Source: Thermoplasmata archaeon (lineage in GTDB: Archaea > Thermoplasmatota > Thermoplasmata > Lutacidiplasmatales > UBA184). Taken from it: DNA of 41,803 bases. The notes beneath the pieces are model-generated. The model was not told the DNA's origin, made no database searches, and worked only from the letters and a program-made list of their open reading frames with translations. Positions 1 to 8,317 of the stretch are shown one piece after another. The stretch spans positions 1-41,803 of the forward strand of contig JASHWW010000006.1 of NCBI GenBank assembly GCA_030043855.1. Reading direction: 5' to 3'. Every line of letters starts with the position of its first letter. Within the stretch, counting starts at the first letter, position 1. Made by a program: the position numbers and the translations under genes.

Positions 1-2
1 AC

Positions 3-941
3 CTCGAGCGCGGTGACCGTGGCCCACCGGCTCGGGTCTCCGGGCGCCTCGAGCCGGAGGGGAAAGGCCGGCCAGCGGATCCGATAGCCGCCCCGATCGG
101 GGTCGAGATCCGGGTGGTCGGCATCGAGGGCCCACGAGCCGTCCGGTCGCTGCTTGTCGCGGAGCCAGCGGAGCGCCGGTCGGAGTCGCCGGTCCCCGCC
201 GTACCCGAGCCGGGTGAGGATCCGAAGGCCCACGAGCACGTCGTAGTAGTAGTGGTTCGGATAGTGGATCCGGAACCACGGAGGATACCGGGTGCGACCC
301 TCGTCCATCAGGTGACGTTTCAGATAGAACTCGGCACCGCGCTCGATCGAGCGCCGCACCGCGGCGCTCCGCCCGTCGGGAGGGATCTCGGCGAACGCGG
401 CCAGCCCCTCCCATCCATCGAGCGTGCCCCGGCCGGCGGGAAAGCAGTGCCAGCCGCCGTCCGGCTTCTGCGTCCGCAGGATCCACGCGATCGAGCGCTG
501 GACCGCGGGGTGGTCGAGGAAGCCAAAGCGAACGAGGGTCCGCACCGCGTTGCCGGTGACGCAGATCTCGCCGGCGCGGCCGGAGAGGTCGCCGCCCCGG
601 GGGCTCCACCGTCGCAGGATCAACTCGCCGGTCCTCCGGATCCGAGGGTCGGACCCGGTCATGCCGAGGTCCCCGAGGACGATCGCGATCCAGTTCGTGA
701 CCGCGTACTTCGGAACGTACAGTTCGCGCGCCGAATTTCCCGGGGTCGTCCAGTGCCCGTCCGACGCCTGGAACGCCAGCAACCGCTGCGCCCACCCCTT
801 CGTCCCGATGGCGGCCCGCGCGGACCGAACGCGCGGGTCGGCCGCGGGGAGCTGCTCGACCTCCGACCAGTACCGCCACCGAACGCTCGGGTCGGAGTCC
901 GCACCGGTCAACCAGCGCTTGAGGCGAGCCGGAACGCGCAC
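3..941 (-). CDS. Prenyltransferase/squalene-cyclase-like (alpha/alpha toroid, QW-repeat) protein, 3' end runs off the window
   Basis: Not in the ORF track. Manual translation from GTG at 941 (MRVPARLKRWLTGADSDPSVRWRYW...) stays open to the window edge. It has three QW-type motifs (QASDGHW, QKPDGGW, QRPDGSW) and YPNHYYYDVL. TTAAG box at 965-969 on the minus strand. Confidence 0.75.
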   Translation of the reverse strand, partial: MRVPARLKRWLTGADSDPSVRWRYWSEVEQLPAADPRVRSARAAIGTKGWAQRLLAFQASDGHWTTPGNSARELYVPKYAVTNWIAIVLGDLGMTGSDPRIRRTGELILRRWSPRGGDLSGRAGEICVTGNAVRTLVRFGFLDHPAVQRSIAWILRTQKPDGGWHCFPAGRGTLDGWEGLAAFAEIPPDGRSAAVRRSIERGAEFYLKRHLMDEGRTRYPPWFRIHYPNHYYYDVLVGLRILTRLGYGGDRRLRPALRWLRDKQRPDGSWALDADHPDLDPDRGGYRIRWPAFPLRLEAPGDPSRWATVTALE

Positions 942-994
942 GCGCGCCCCACCCCCGCGCGGGACTTAACGCCGGTCCGGCCGAGCGAGCTCGG

Positions 995-2407
995 CTACGC
1001 GGCGCGGGGTGCCGCCACCGCCGCTCGCTCGACCGGGGCGAAGCGGGCCGTAAAGTGCGGGAGTCGTTCGGGTCGGTGCGTCATCCGCAGCCCGCCGATC
1101 TCGGCCCGACGCGCGTGGACCCGCGCGACGACGTCGGCGACGTAGGCGAGGTGGCTGGCCGAGTAGACGCGACGGGGGATCGCCAGGCGGACCATCTCGA
1201 GCGGACGGGCCGGGATCCCGTCCTGGCCGCCGAACATGATGGATCCGATCTCGACCGCTCGCACACCGCCCTCCCGGTAGAGCTCGACGACCAGCGCTTG
1301 GCCCGGCAATTCGGCCGCGTCGAGATGCGGGAGGAACCGACGCACGTCCAGATAGACCGCGTGCCCCCCGACCGGTTTGAAGAACGGGACCCCGGCCCGG
1401 TCGAGAAGGCCGGCGAGGAACCGGACCTGACCGATGCGGTGCTCCAGGTACTCGAGGTCGGTCGCCTCGGCCAGTCCGACCGCCATCGCCCCGAGGTCGC
1501 GGCGGGCCAGTCCGCCGTACGTCGGGAACCCCTCGTAGAGGATCAGCGCCTCCTTCAGACGGTCGGCGACGCGGGCATCGCGGGTGGCGACGAACCCCCC
1601 GATGTTCACGAGCCCGTCCTTCTTCGCGCTCATCGTCGCCCCGTCGGCCAGGTCGAAGAACGCGCGCCCGATCTCGGCGATCGACCGCTCGCGCATGCCC
1701 GGCTCCCGGGTCTTGACGAAGTAGGCGTTCTCGGCCCACCGACACATGTCCACGTAGAGCGGAACGCCGTGCGACCGGCAGAGTTCCGCGGTGGCGCGGA
1801 AGTTGGCGAACGACACGGGCTGTCCCGCGCCGGCGTTGTTCGTGAGCGTAACGAACGCGAGCGGCACGCGGCCTTCGCCGGCCGTGCGCAGCAAGGCTCC
1901 GAGGCGGTCGAGGTCGACGTTGCCCTTGAACGGGAGGTCGCTCTCGGGATCGTAGGCGTCCGCCGAGGCGAGGTTCTTCGGCTCGCCGCCCCGGTTGCGG
2001 ACGTGCGCTTCGGTGGTGTCGAAGTGCATGTTGTTCGGGACGATCGAGCCCGGACGGACCAGCACCGACACCAGGACGTTCTCCGCGCCGCGTCCCTGGT
2101 GGGTCGGGAGGACGAACGGAAAGCCGGTGAGCTCCCGGACGGTCGCCTCGAACTCCTCGAAGTTCCGACTTCCGGCGTACGCCTCGTCGCCCACCATCAG
2201 CGCCGACCACTGCCGGTCGCTCATCGCCCCGGTGCCGGAGTCCGTGAGCAGGTCGATCCGGATCTCCGCCGACCGGAGGTTGAACAGATTGAACCCGGCC
2301 CGCTCGAGCGCCCGCTCCCGGTCCTCGCGCGACGGGTTCGGGATCCGTTCGACGACCTTCGCCTTGAACGGCTCGAACGGGAGCGCCGGGCCGTCCGGAG
2401 CGGACAA
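995..2407 (-). CDS. tnaA: Tryptophanase (PLP beta-eliminating lyase)
   Basis: Motifs IDLLTDSGT, GDEAYAG, HQGRGAE and MSAKKD (PLP Lys). TnaA-type rather than tyrosine phenol-lyase residues: HFDTT, RAVEIGS, HFTARF. Start set at in-frame TTG 2407, about 25 nt below the TATA-like CATATAAG at 2430-2437. Confidence 0.9.
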   Translation of the reverse strand: MSAPDGPALPFEPFKAKVVERIPNPSREDRERALERAGFNLFNLRSAEIRIDLLTDSGTGAMSDRQWSALMVGDEAYAGSRNFEEFEATVRELTGFPFVLPTHQGRGAENVLVSVLVRPGSIVPNNMHFDTTEAHVRNRGGEPKNLASADAYDPESDLPFKGNVDLDRLGALLRTAGEGRVPLAFVTLTNNAGAGQPVSFANFRATAELCRSHGVPLYVDMCRWAENAYFVKTREPGMRERSIAEIGRAFFDLADGATMSAKKDGLVNIGGFVATRDARVADRLKEALILYEGFPTYGGLARRDLGAMAVGLAEATDLEYLEHRIGQVRFLAGLLDRAGVPFFKPVGGHAVYLDVRRFLPHLDAAELPGQALVVELYREGGVRAVEIGSIMFGGQDGIPARPLEMVRLAIPRRVYSASHLAYVADVVARVHARRAEIGGLRMTHRPERLPHFTARFAPVERAAVAAPRAA

Positions 2408-2534
2408 CGTCGCAGGAACCGTTTCGCCGCTTATATGCCGCCGGAGGTCTAGCGCGGCCCGAATCGCACGTCCCCCGCGCCGCCGATAGGTTTTCAAGCC
2501 GGAGGGACCCGTGTTTGTGGGGGCAGGTCGCCCC

Positions 2535-3350
2535 ATGGCCTCCGTCCTCCTGCCGCACTTCCGTCGGCCACCCCCGCTCTATCGGCTCGCGCTCGCGCTG
2601 CGGCGCGTCGGTCTGCTGGTCCTCGTGCTCATCCTCCTCGGACTCGCCCTGGAGGCGTACTCGGTCTCGGAGGTCGTCCGTACCATGCCGAGCAACTCCG
2701 GCTTCAGCTCGCAGTTCCTCCCGAACGGGACGTTCGAGCTGGCCGGATCGTTCCACCTGCCGAACGGCGGCTTCCTGCCGATCTCGGACTTCCGTCTGCA
2801 CCTCCGCCTCCTCGACGAGGCGCGGGCGTTCCTCGGCGAGAGCGAGACCGGCCCGCTCACGCTCGCTCCCGGATCGAACACCTCGATCCCGATCGTCGTC
2901 TACCTGCCGTTCACCGCCGGCAGCTCGGTCGACTCGCTCCTGACGGTCGACCAGACGCTGGAAGTCCAGGTCTGGGCGAATGCGACGTACGGGTACCTGT
3001 TCCCGGCGGGGATCGCCATCGCCACCAACGACAGCTGGGGCGCGCCGTTCGCGAACTACGCGGTCACGACGACGTCGGCCGGGGCCGGAGTGCTGGCGGT
3101 GCAGATCACCTACCAGAACCACGCCGCCTTCGACGAGGTCGGCTCGCTCGACTTCGCGGTCGTCGCCAGTGGCGGGGCGACGTGCGGTACCGGCTCGCTC
3201 GCGGTGAACGTGCCGTCCCAGCAGTCGTTCCAGGAGACCCAGAACGTCGCGATCGCCTCCGGGTGCGACCCGACCGGCGGGACGGTCACGGCATCGTTCC
3301 TCGCCCCCGCGGACGTCGTGGTCCCGCTCCCGACGGAGGCGACCGGATGA
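2535..3350 (+). CDS. Membrane-anchored hypothetical protein with a beta-rich extracellular region
   Basis: N-terminal hydrophobic helix followed by Ser/Thr/Asn-rich beta-strand sequence. ATGA overlap with the next gene. Start could be 2511. Confidence 0.65.
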   Translation: MASVLLPHFRRPPPLYRLALALRRVGLLVLVLILLGLALEAYSVSEVVRTMPSNSGFSSQFLPNGTFELAGSFHLPNGGFLPISDFRLHLRLLDEARAFLGESETGPLTLAPGSNTSIPIVVYLPFTAGSSVDSLLTVDQTLEVQVWANATYGYLFPAGIAIATNDSWGAPFANYAVTTTSAGAGVLAVQITYQNHAAFDEVGSLDFAVVASGGATCGTGSLAVNVPSQQSFQETQNVAIASGCDPTGGTVTASFLAPADVVVPLPTEATG

Positions 3351-3832
3351 GCGGAGCGCCGGAACCGCCGACGCACGGGTTCCAGATCCCGCCGCTGGGG
3401 CAGCGGATCCTGGCGTCCGGGCTCCGACTGGTCCCCCTTCTGGTGGTGCTGGTCGGGTTGCCGCTCGCGGGTCTCACGTTCCTGGGGAGCCATGGGATCT
3501 CTCTGCCCGTTTCGGACCTCACCGTCACGGGGTTCGGCCTCGCGATCGCGGTCCTCGCGGCCGCGCGCTCGGTCGTCCGGCCGAGCCGGGCGTACGGGCC
3601 CGTGTCGATCGCGGCGAGCGCGACGGCGTTCGTCTACCTGCTCGTCCTGCTCACGGAGGCGTCCTACCACATCGCGGTCCCGGGGTCGAGCGTGACCATC
3701 TCCCTGAACGTCGCCCGCCTGATCGCGCTCCTCCTCCTCGTCCCGGCGTTCGGGATCGCGGCGGGGGTCGTGACGACGATCGAGGACGCCCGCCACCCGA
3801 TGGAGCGGCTGCCCTACGAGTACCCGGCGTGA
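3347..3832 (+). CDS. Hypothetical integral membrane protein (about 4 TM)
   Basis: ATG 3347 overlaps the upstream stop (ATGA). Four hydrophobic segments. Confidence 0.7.
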   Translation: MSGAPEPPTHGFQIPPLGQRILASGLRLVPLLVVLVGLPLAGLTFLGSHGISLPVSDLTVTGFGLAIAVLAAARSVVRPSRAYGPVSIAASATAFVYLLVLLTEASYHIAVPGSSVTISLNVARLIALLLLVPAFGIAAGVVTTIEDARHPMERLPYEYPA

Positions 3833-3841
3833 GTGGCGGGC

Positions 3842-4312
3842 CTAGGCACCCGCGACCACGACCTCGACGATCCGAACCGGGGTCCGCGGCCGGTCGTTCG
3901 CGTCGCGGGGGACCTTCGCGATCTTGTCGACGACGTCCTGCCCGCCGCGCACACGCCCGAACACCGCGTGCTTCCCGTCCAGCCACGAGGTCGCGGCGAG
4001 GGTGATGAAGAACTGGCTGCCGCCCGTGTTCGGCCCCGCGTTCGCCATGGAGAGGACGCCGGGCCCGTCGTGGCGGAGCTCCCGCGAGAACTCGTCCGGG
4101 ATGCTGTAGCCGGGGTCGCCCGTCCCGTCCCCTTTCGGGCAGCCGCCCTGGATCATGAAGCCGGGGATCACCCGGTGGAACGTGAGCCCGGTGTAGAATC
4201 CCCGCTTCGCGAGCGCGAGGAAGTTCTCGGCCGTCTTGGGAGCGCGGTCGCGGAACAGCTCGATCCGGATGTCGCCCTGCGTCGTCCGCAGCGTCACGGT
4301 GGGGTTCGGCAT
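3842..4312 (-). CDS. Cyclophilin-type peptidyl-prolyl cis-trans isomerase
   Basis: [46 protein letters not shown] box at 4335-4340 on the minus strand. Confidence 0.95.
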   Translation of the reverse strand: MPNPTVTLRTTQGDIRIELFRDRAPKTAENFLALAKRGFYTGLTFHRVIPGFMIQGGCPKGDGTGDPGYSIPDEFSRELRHDGPGVLSMANAGPNTGGSQFFITLAATSWLDGKHAVFGRVRGGQDVVDKIAKVPRDANDRPRTPVRIVEVVVAGA

Positions 4313-4437
4313 GGTCGACGGACGCGCGCCCGACCTAAAAGCGCCTCGCGCGGGCCGCCTCCGCCGTCCGGTTTATCTCCGTGGAACCGGCTAACGACCA
4401 CGGAGGGCCCCGGAACTGCGTCGGCGCCGACCACGGA

Positions 4438-4941
4438 ATGAATCGGTCGATCGCCTACGTCGGGGTCGGGATCATCGTCGTCGGACTGGGCCTGGTCGGT
4501 TTCCCGATCGTCGTCTACGGGCACGAACTGTTCGACCTCGAGCAGGTCGCGGGCTTCCTGGTCGCTCCGATCGGACTCGTGGTGGTGCTCCTCGGCGCCG
4601 TCGCGCACAACCCGGACCGCACGACGGTCGGGGGGGCTTTCGGGAACCCCGACGAGGGCGTCCGCCGGCCGCGGTCCGGCGCCTCGCCGCCGGCGCGTCG
4701 CCTCGGCTACAGCCCGCTCGAGCCGGTCAACTGCCGATTCTGCCGCACGATCATCACGCACGACCTCGCGAACTGCCCGCGGTGCGCCCGCGCGCGCGAC
4801 TGCCGTTCGTGCGGTCGTCCGCTCGGCATGGTGCTCGACCGGGCCACCTGTCCGACCTGCGCCCGGCCGGAAGCGTTTTGCAACTGCGCCCGTCTCGCCC
4901 GGCCCCCGACGCCCGTGACGGCTCGCGTTCGACGGGGCTGA
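4438..4941 (+). CDS. 2-TM membrane protein with C-terminal double zinc ribbon
   Basis: Two hydrophobic helices, then CRFC, CPRC, CRSC, CPTC and CNC. Confidence 0.75.
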   Translation: MNRSIAYVGVGIIVVGLGLVGFPIVVYGHELFDLEQVAGFLVAPIGLVVVLLGAVAHNPDRTTVGGAFGNPDEGVRRPRSGASPPARRLGYSPLEPVNCRFCRTIITHDLANCPRCARARDCRSCGRPLGMVLDRATCPTCARPEAFCNCARLARPPTPVTARVRRG

Positions 4942-4948
4942 AGGAACC

Positions 4949-5476
4949 GTGGACGACCGGACCCTGCCGCGGGGCATCGCTTCGGCGAGCGGCCCGGTGA
5001 CCGTCCACTTCGACGGGGCCTGCCAGACGATCGGCGGAGGCCCCGTCGCGGCGTACGGATTCACCGTGGACGGGGCGGGATTCGCCCACGAGGACCACGG
5101 ACTGGCGGTCCCCCCGCACCACGAGCGGGCCACGAACAACGTCGCCGAGTACGTCGCGGCGACCCGCGCCCTCGAATGGCTGCGGGCCCAGGGGTACGTC
5201 GGGGAGGTGGTCGTCCTCGGCGACAGTCAACTCGTGATCGAGCAGATGCAGGGGACCTACCGGGTGCGGGCCGAGCATCTCCGGGACTACCACGAGTGGC
5301 TGGCGACGCTGGCCCGCGGTTTCGCGAAGACGGAGTTCCGGTGGATCCGACGCGAGGAGAACGTCCGAGCGGACGCGCTCTCGAAGACGGCGATCCGCGA
5401 GGCCGGTCCCGCGGTGCGGCGGTCCCAACGCCCGCCGCGGACGGAGCCCGACGCTCCCGACGGGGCGCGGCCCTAG
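4949..5476 (+). CDS. rnhA: Ribonuclease HI family protein
   Basis: VHFDGA, TNNVAEY, GDSQLV and WIRREENVRADALS supply the D-E-D-D catalytic set. Confidence 0.9.
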   Translation: MDDRTLPRGIASASGPVTVHFDGACQTIGGGPVAAYGFTVDGAGFAHEDHGLAVPPHHERATNNVAEYVAATRALEWLRAQGYVGEVVVLGDSQLVIEQMQGTYRVRAEHLRDYHEWLATLARGFAKTEFRWIRREENVRADALSKTAIREAGPAVRRSQRPPRTEPDAPDGARP

Positions 5477-5691
5477 TTCCAGCGAACGGTGTAGACGAGC
5501 GTCCGGCCCTCGACGGCGGCCCGGGCGCGCGCGGAGTCGACGTACGTCGCGAACGCCGCCGCGGCCTCGAGCGAGAGCTTCGGACGGACCCCGTAGCCCC
5601 GGGGGTGCCCGACGCCCAGGATCGCGTGGGGCGGGGGCGCGGCGGGCGCCAACGGCTCGGCGGCGACCGGCTTCCGGAGCAGGGCGCTCAC
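5473..5691 (-). CDS. Small hypothetical protein (72 aa)
   Basis: GTG 5691 preceded by GGGGGA. High GC at third codon positions. GTGA overlap with an upstream small ORF. Confidence 0.5.
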   Translation of the reverse strand: MSALLRKPVAAEPLAPAAPPPHAILGVGHPRGYGVRPKLSLEAAAAFATYVDSARARAAVEGRTLVYTVRWN

Positions 5692-5840
5692 GGAAGTTCC
5701 CCCGCGACCGGATACGGAAGGAGGGGGAACCGGACCCGCCCGCACGGAAGAGCGGCGAGCGGAACGTGGAGTTCGGCGTCGCCCCAATTCACGAGCGGGG
5801 CGGCCGCGAGGATGGTGCGTCCGTCGGAACTGTCCGACAC
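5688..5840 (-). CDS. Putative small protein (50 aa, MSDSSDGRTILAAAPLVNWGD...)
   Basis: GTG 5840 lies about 30 nt below TTTATGTA (5878-5871). Its TGA overlaps the next GTG (GTGA). Confidence 0.4.
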   Translation of the reverse strand: MSDSSDGRTILAAAPLVNWGDAELHVPLAALPCGRVRFPLLPYPVAGELP

Positions 5841-5870
5841 GGCCTCTCGGCAGGTGTCAGACGTACGTCG

Positions 5871-5878
5871 TACATAAA
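5871..5878 (-). promoter_or_regulatory. TATA-box-like element TTTATGTA
   Basis: AT-rich island in GC-rich DNA, upstream of the two small minus-strand ORFs. Confidence 0.5.
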
Positions 5879-5990
5879 CCCTAAAGTTCGACTGGAAACG
5901 GGGGGGTGGGGGCCCCGGCCCGTGACGGAGGACCTTGGCGGACAACCGGCCGACCGTTCCGGGGCCGGGGCGGTCCGGCGCGTCGGCGGG

Positions 5991-5997
5991 TTTTAAG
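5991..5997 (+). promoter_or_regulatory. TATA-box-like element TTTTAAG for the M2 peptidase
   Basis: About 30 nt before ATG 6026, the archaeal short-leader geometry. Confidence 0.6.
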
Positions 5998-6025
5998 GGT
6001 GCCGGCGGTGGGGAACGGTACCACG

Positions 6026-7771
6026 ATGGGGGCCGAGGCGACCACGAGCTCCCCGGAGGCGTCCCGCTTCCTGGCCGAGACCGAGGCGGAACTGCTCGAT
6101 CTGGTCACCGAGCAGCAGCGCACCGAGTGGGTCTACCAGACGCACATCACCCCGGACACCGAAGCGCTCTCGTCCCGCTCGTACGCCCGCTACGTCAACA
6201 CGGCCGTCCGACGGGCGAAGGAGTCGACGCGCTTCGGTCCGGGAGAGTTGAGCCCCGCAGACCGTCGGAAGATGACCCTGTTGCGGCTGCTGCTCCCGAT
6301 CATCGCGCCGGACGACCCGACCGAGTCGGTCGAGTTGACCCGGCTCGTCGCGTCGATGCAGGGAGCGTACGCGCGCGGTCGGCACACACCGGTCGGCGGA
6401 GCCGAGCCGCTCGACCTCCAGGGTCTCTCCCGCATCCTGGCCGAGAGCCGGGATCCGCGCCTGCTCGCCGACGTCTGGTCCGGCTGGCACGCGGTCGGGC
6501 GGTCGATCCGCCCGGAGTTCGTCCGCTACGTCGATCTCTCCAATCGCGGCGCGCGCGGGCTCGGCTTCGCGGACCTCGGCGCGATGTGGCGGTCGAAGTA
6601 CGACATGGAGCCCGAAGCGTTCGCGCGGGAGGTCGACCGGCTCTGGTCCGAGGTCGCTCCCCTCTACCGCTCGCTCCACGCCTACGTACGGTCGCGTCTC
6701 GTCGCGGTCTACGGGCGGGACCGCGTCCCGGAGGCGGGGCCGATCCCGTCGCAGTTCCTCGGCAACATGTGGGCGCAGTCGTGGGAGTCGATCTACCCGC
6801 TCCTCGCCCCACCAGACGCCGACCCCGGCTACGACCTCACGAAGCTCCTCGTCGACCGCGGCACCTCGGTCGAGCAGATGGTCCGGTACGCGGAGCGGTT
6901 CTTCGTTTCCCTCGGGCTCCCCGCGCTCCCGCCGAGCTTCTGGGAGCGCTCGATGTTCGTCCGACCGCGGGACCGCGAGGTCGTCTGCCACGCGAGCGCG
7001 TGGGACATCGACTACGTCGAGGACCTCCGGATCAAAATGTGCGTCGAGATCACCGCGGAGGACTTCCAGACGATCCACCACGAGCTCGGCCACAACTACT
7101 ACCAGCGGGCCTACGCCCGCCAGCCGTTCCTCTTTCGGGACAGCGCCCACGACGGCTTCCACGAGGCCGTCGGCGACACCATCCAGCTCTCCGTCACGCC
7201 CGAGTATCTGGTCCGGATCGGGCTGCTGGACCGGGCGCCGGACGCGAGCCGCGACATCGGCCTGCTGCTCTACCGGGCCCTCGAGAAGGTCGCCTTCCTC
7301 CCGTTCGGGCTCGCGGTCGACCGGTGGCGCTGGGACGTCTTCTCCGGCGCGATCCCGCCGGCCGACTACAACCCGACGTGGTGGGAGATCCGGCGCCGCT
7401 ACCAGGGTGTCGTCCCTCCCGCCCCGCGCTCGGCGGAGGAGTTCGACGCCGGGGCGAAGTACCACGTGCCGTCGAACGTCGCGTACATGCGCTACTTCCT
7501 GGCCCACGTCCTGCAATTCCAGTTCCATCGCGCGCTCGTCCGAACCGCCGGGATCCCCGGCCCGTTGCATCGGGCGTCCATCTTCGGCTCCGAGGCCGCG
7601 GGGCGCTCGCTCGGGGAGATGCTCGCGATGGGGATGAGCCGCGAGTGGCCGGACGCGCTGGAGGCGATCGCCGGCGAACGGCGGATGTCGACGGCGGGCC
7701 TGCTCGAATACTTCGCTCCGTTGCAGCGGTGGCTCGACGAGCAGAACCGTTCGACCCCCGTCGGGTGGTAG
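6026..7771 (+). CDS. Peptidyl-dipeptidase A (angiotensin-converting-enzyme family, peptidase M2)
   Basis: HHELGH zinc motif, downstream GFHEAVGD, LGNMWAQSW, VCHASAWD, FDAGAKYHVP, YMRYF. Confidence 0.93.
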   Translation: MGAEATTSSPEASRFLAETEAELLDLVTEQQRTEWVYQTHITPDTEALSSRSYARYVNTAVRRAKESTRFGPGELSPADRRKMTLLRLLLPIIAPDDPTESVELTRLVASMQGAYARGRHTPVGGAEPLDLQGLSRILAESRDPRLLADVWSGWHAVGRSIRPEFVRYVDLSNRGARGLGFADLGAMWRSKYDMEPEAFAREVDRLWSEVAPLYRSLHAYVRSRLVAVYGRDRVPEAGPIPSQFLGNMWAQSWESIYPLLAPPDADPGYDLTKLLVDRGTSVEQMVRYAERFFVSLGLPALPPSFWERSMFVRPRDREVVCHASAWDIDYVEDLRIKMCVEITAEDFQTIHHELGHNYYQRAYARQPFLFRDSAHDGFHEAVGDTIQLSVTPEYLVRIGLLDRAPDASRDIGLLLYRALEKVAFLPFGLAVDRWRWDVFSGAIPPADYNPTWWEIRRRYQGVVPPAPRSAEEFDAGAKYHVPSNVAYMRYFLAHVLQFQFHRALVRTAGIPGPLHRASIFGSEAAGRSLGEMLAMGMSREWPDALEAIAGERRMSTAGLLEYFAPLQRWLDEQNRSTPVGW

Positions 7772-7828
7772 CGGCCCGGGGCCCGAGCGACACGGTTTAG
7801 CCGCCCGCCCGGTGGCGGTCCGAGCGCG

Positions 7829-8299
7829 ATGCTGCTGCACCCGGAGGAGAGCGTTCGCCGGAGCGCGTACGCGGTGCTCGACGGCGACGACGTCCACGCG
7901 TCCGTGCGGGGACCGGGCGTTCTGTACCTCACGACCCACCGGTTGATCTTCGAGTCCCCCGCGTCGCGGGGTCTGGTCCGCGACCTCCTCGGCGGCCGGG
8001 AGAGCCAGACCGTGCTCGATGTCGGATTGGCCGAGGTGCGCAACGTCGCGGTCCGGCGCGGCCGACTCGGACGGACCCGACTGGTCGTCGAGATCGGTCA
8101 CGGGCGACCGTCGTTCGACGTCCTCGAACCGGAGGTCTGGGCCGGCGCCATCGGACAGGCCCGGCGGTCGCTTCCACCGCCCGGTCGCGCGCCCACCCTC
8201 GTCGTGGAACGCCAGGTCGTGAAGGTCCGATGCCGGTACTGCGGTTCGCTCGGCGACGAGGTCGTCGGGCGGTGCCCGTCGTGCGGTGCGGCGCTCTGA
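7829..8299 (+). CDS. PH/GRAM-like domain protein with C-terminal zinc ribbon
   Basis: GVLYLTTHRLIF strand pair typical of PH-like folds. Terminal CRYC...CPSC. TTTAG box at 7796. Confidence 0.65.
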   Translation: MLLHPEESVRRSAYAVLDGDDVHASVRGPGVLYLTTHRLIFESPASRGLVRDLLGGRESQTVLDVGLAEVRNVAVRRGRLGRTRLVVEIGHGRPSFDVLEPEVWAGAIGQARRSLPPPGRAPTLVVERQVVKVRCRYCGSLGDEVVGRCPSCGAAL

Positions 8300-8317
8300 C
8301 GGTCCGCCCGCGAACGG

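Noticed and set aside
995..2407. Tyrosine phenol-lyase
   Set aside because: It lacks the TPL-type residues (FTTT, MERG, RFFTARF) and has the tryptophanase equivalents.
114..3122. Long ORFs 114..1145(+), 966..3122(-) and 1055..2452(+)
   Set aside because: Shadow frames of real genes in high-GC DNA. They are Arg/Gly/Pro-rich with no motifs. The same applies to most long overlapping ORFs in the track, such as 5993..8101, 21137..23053 and 39081..41408.
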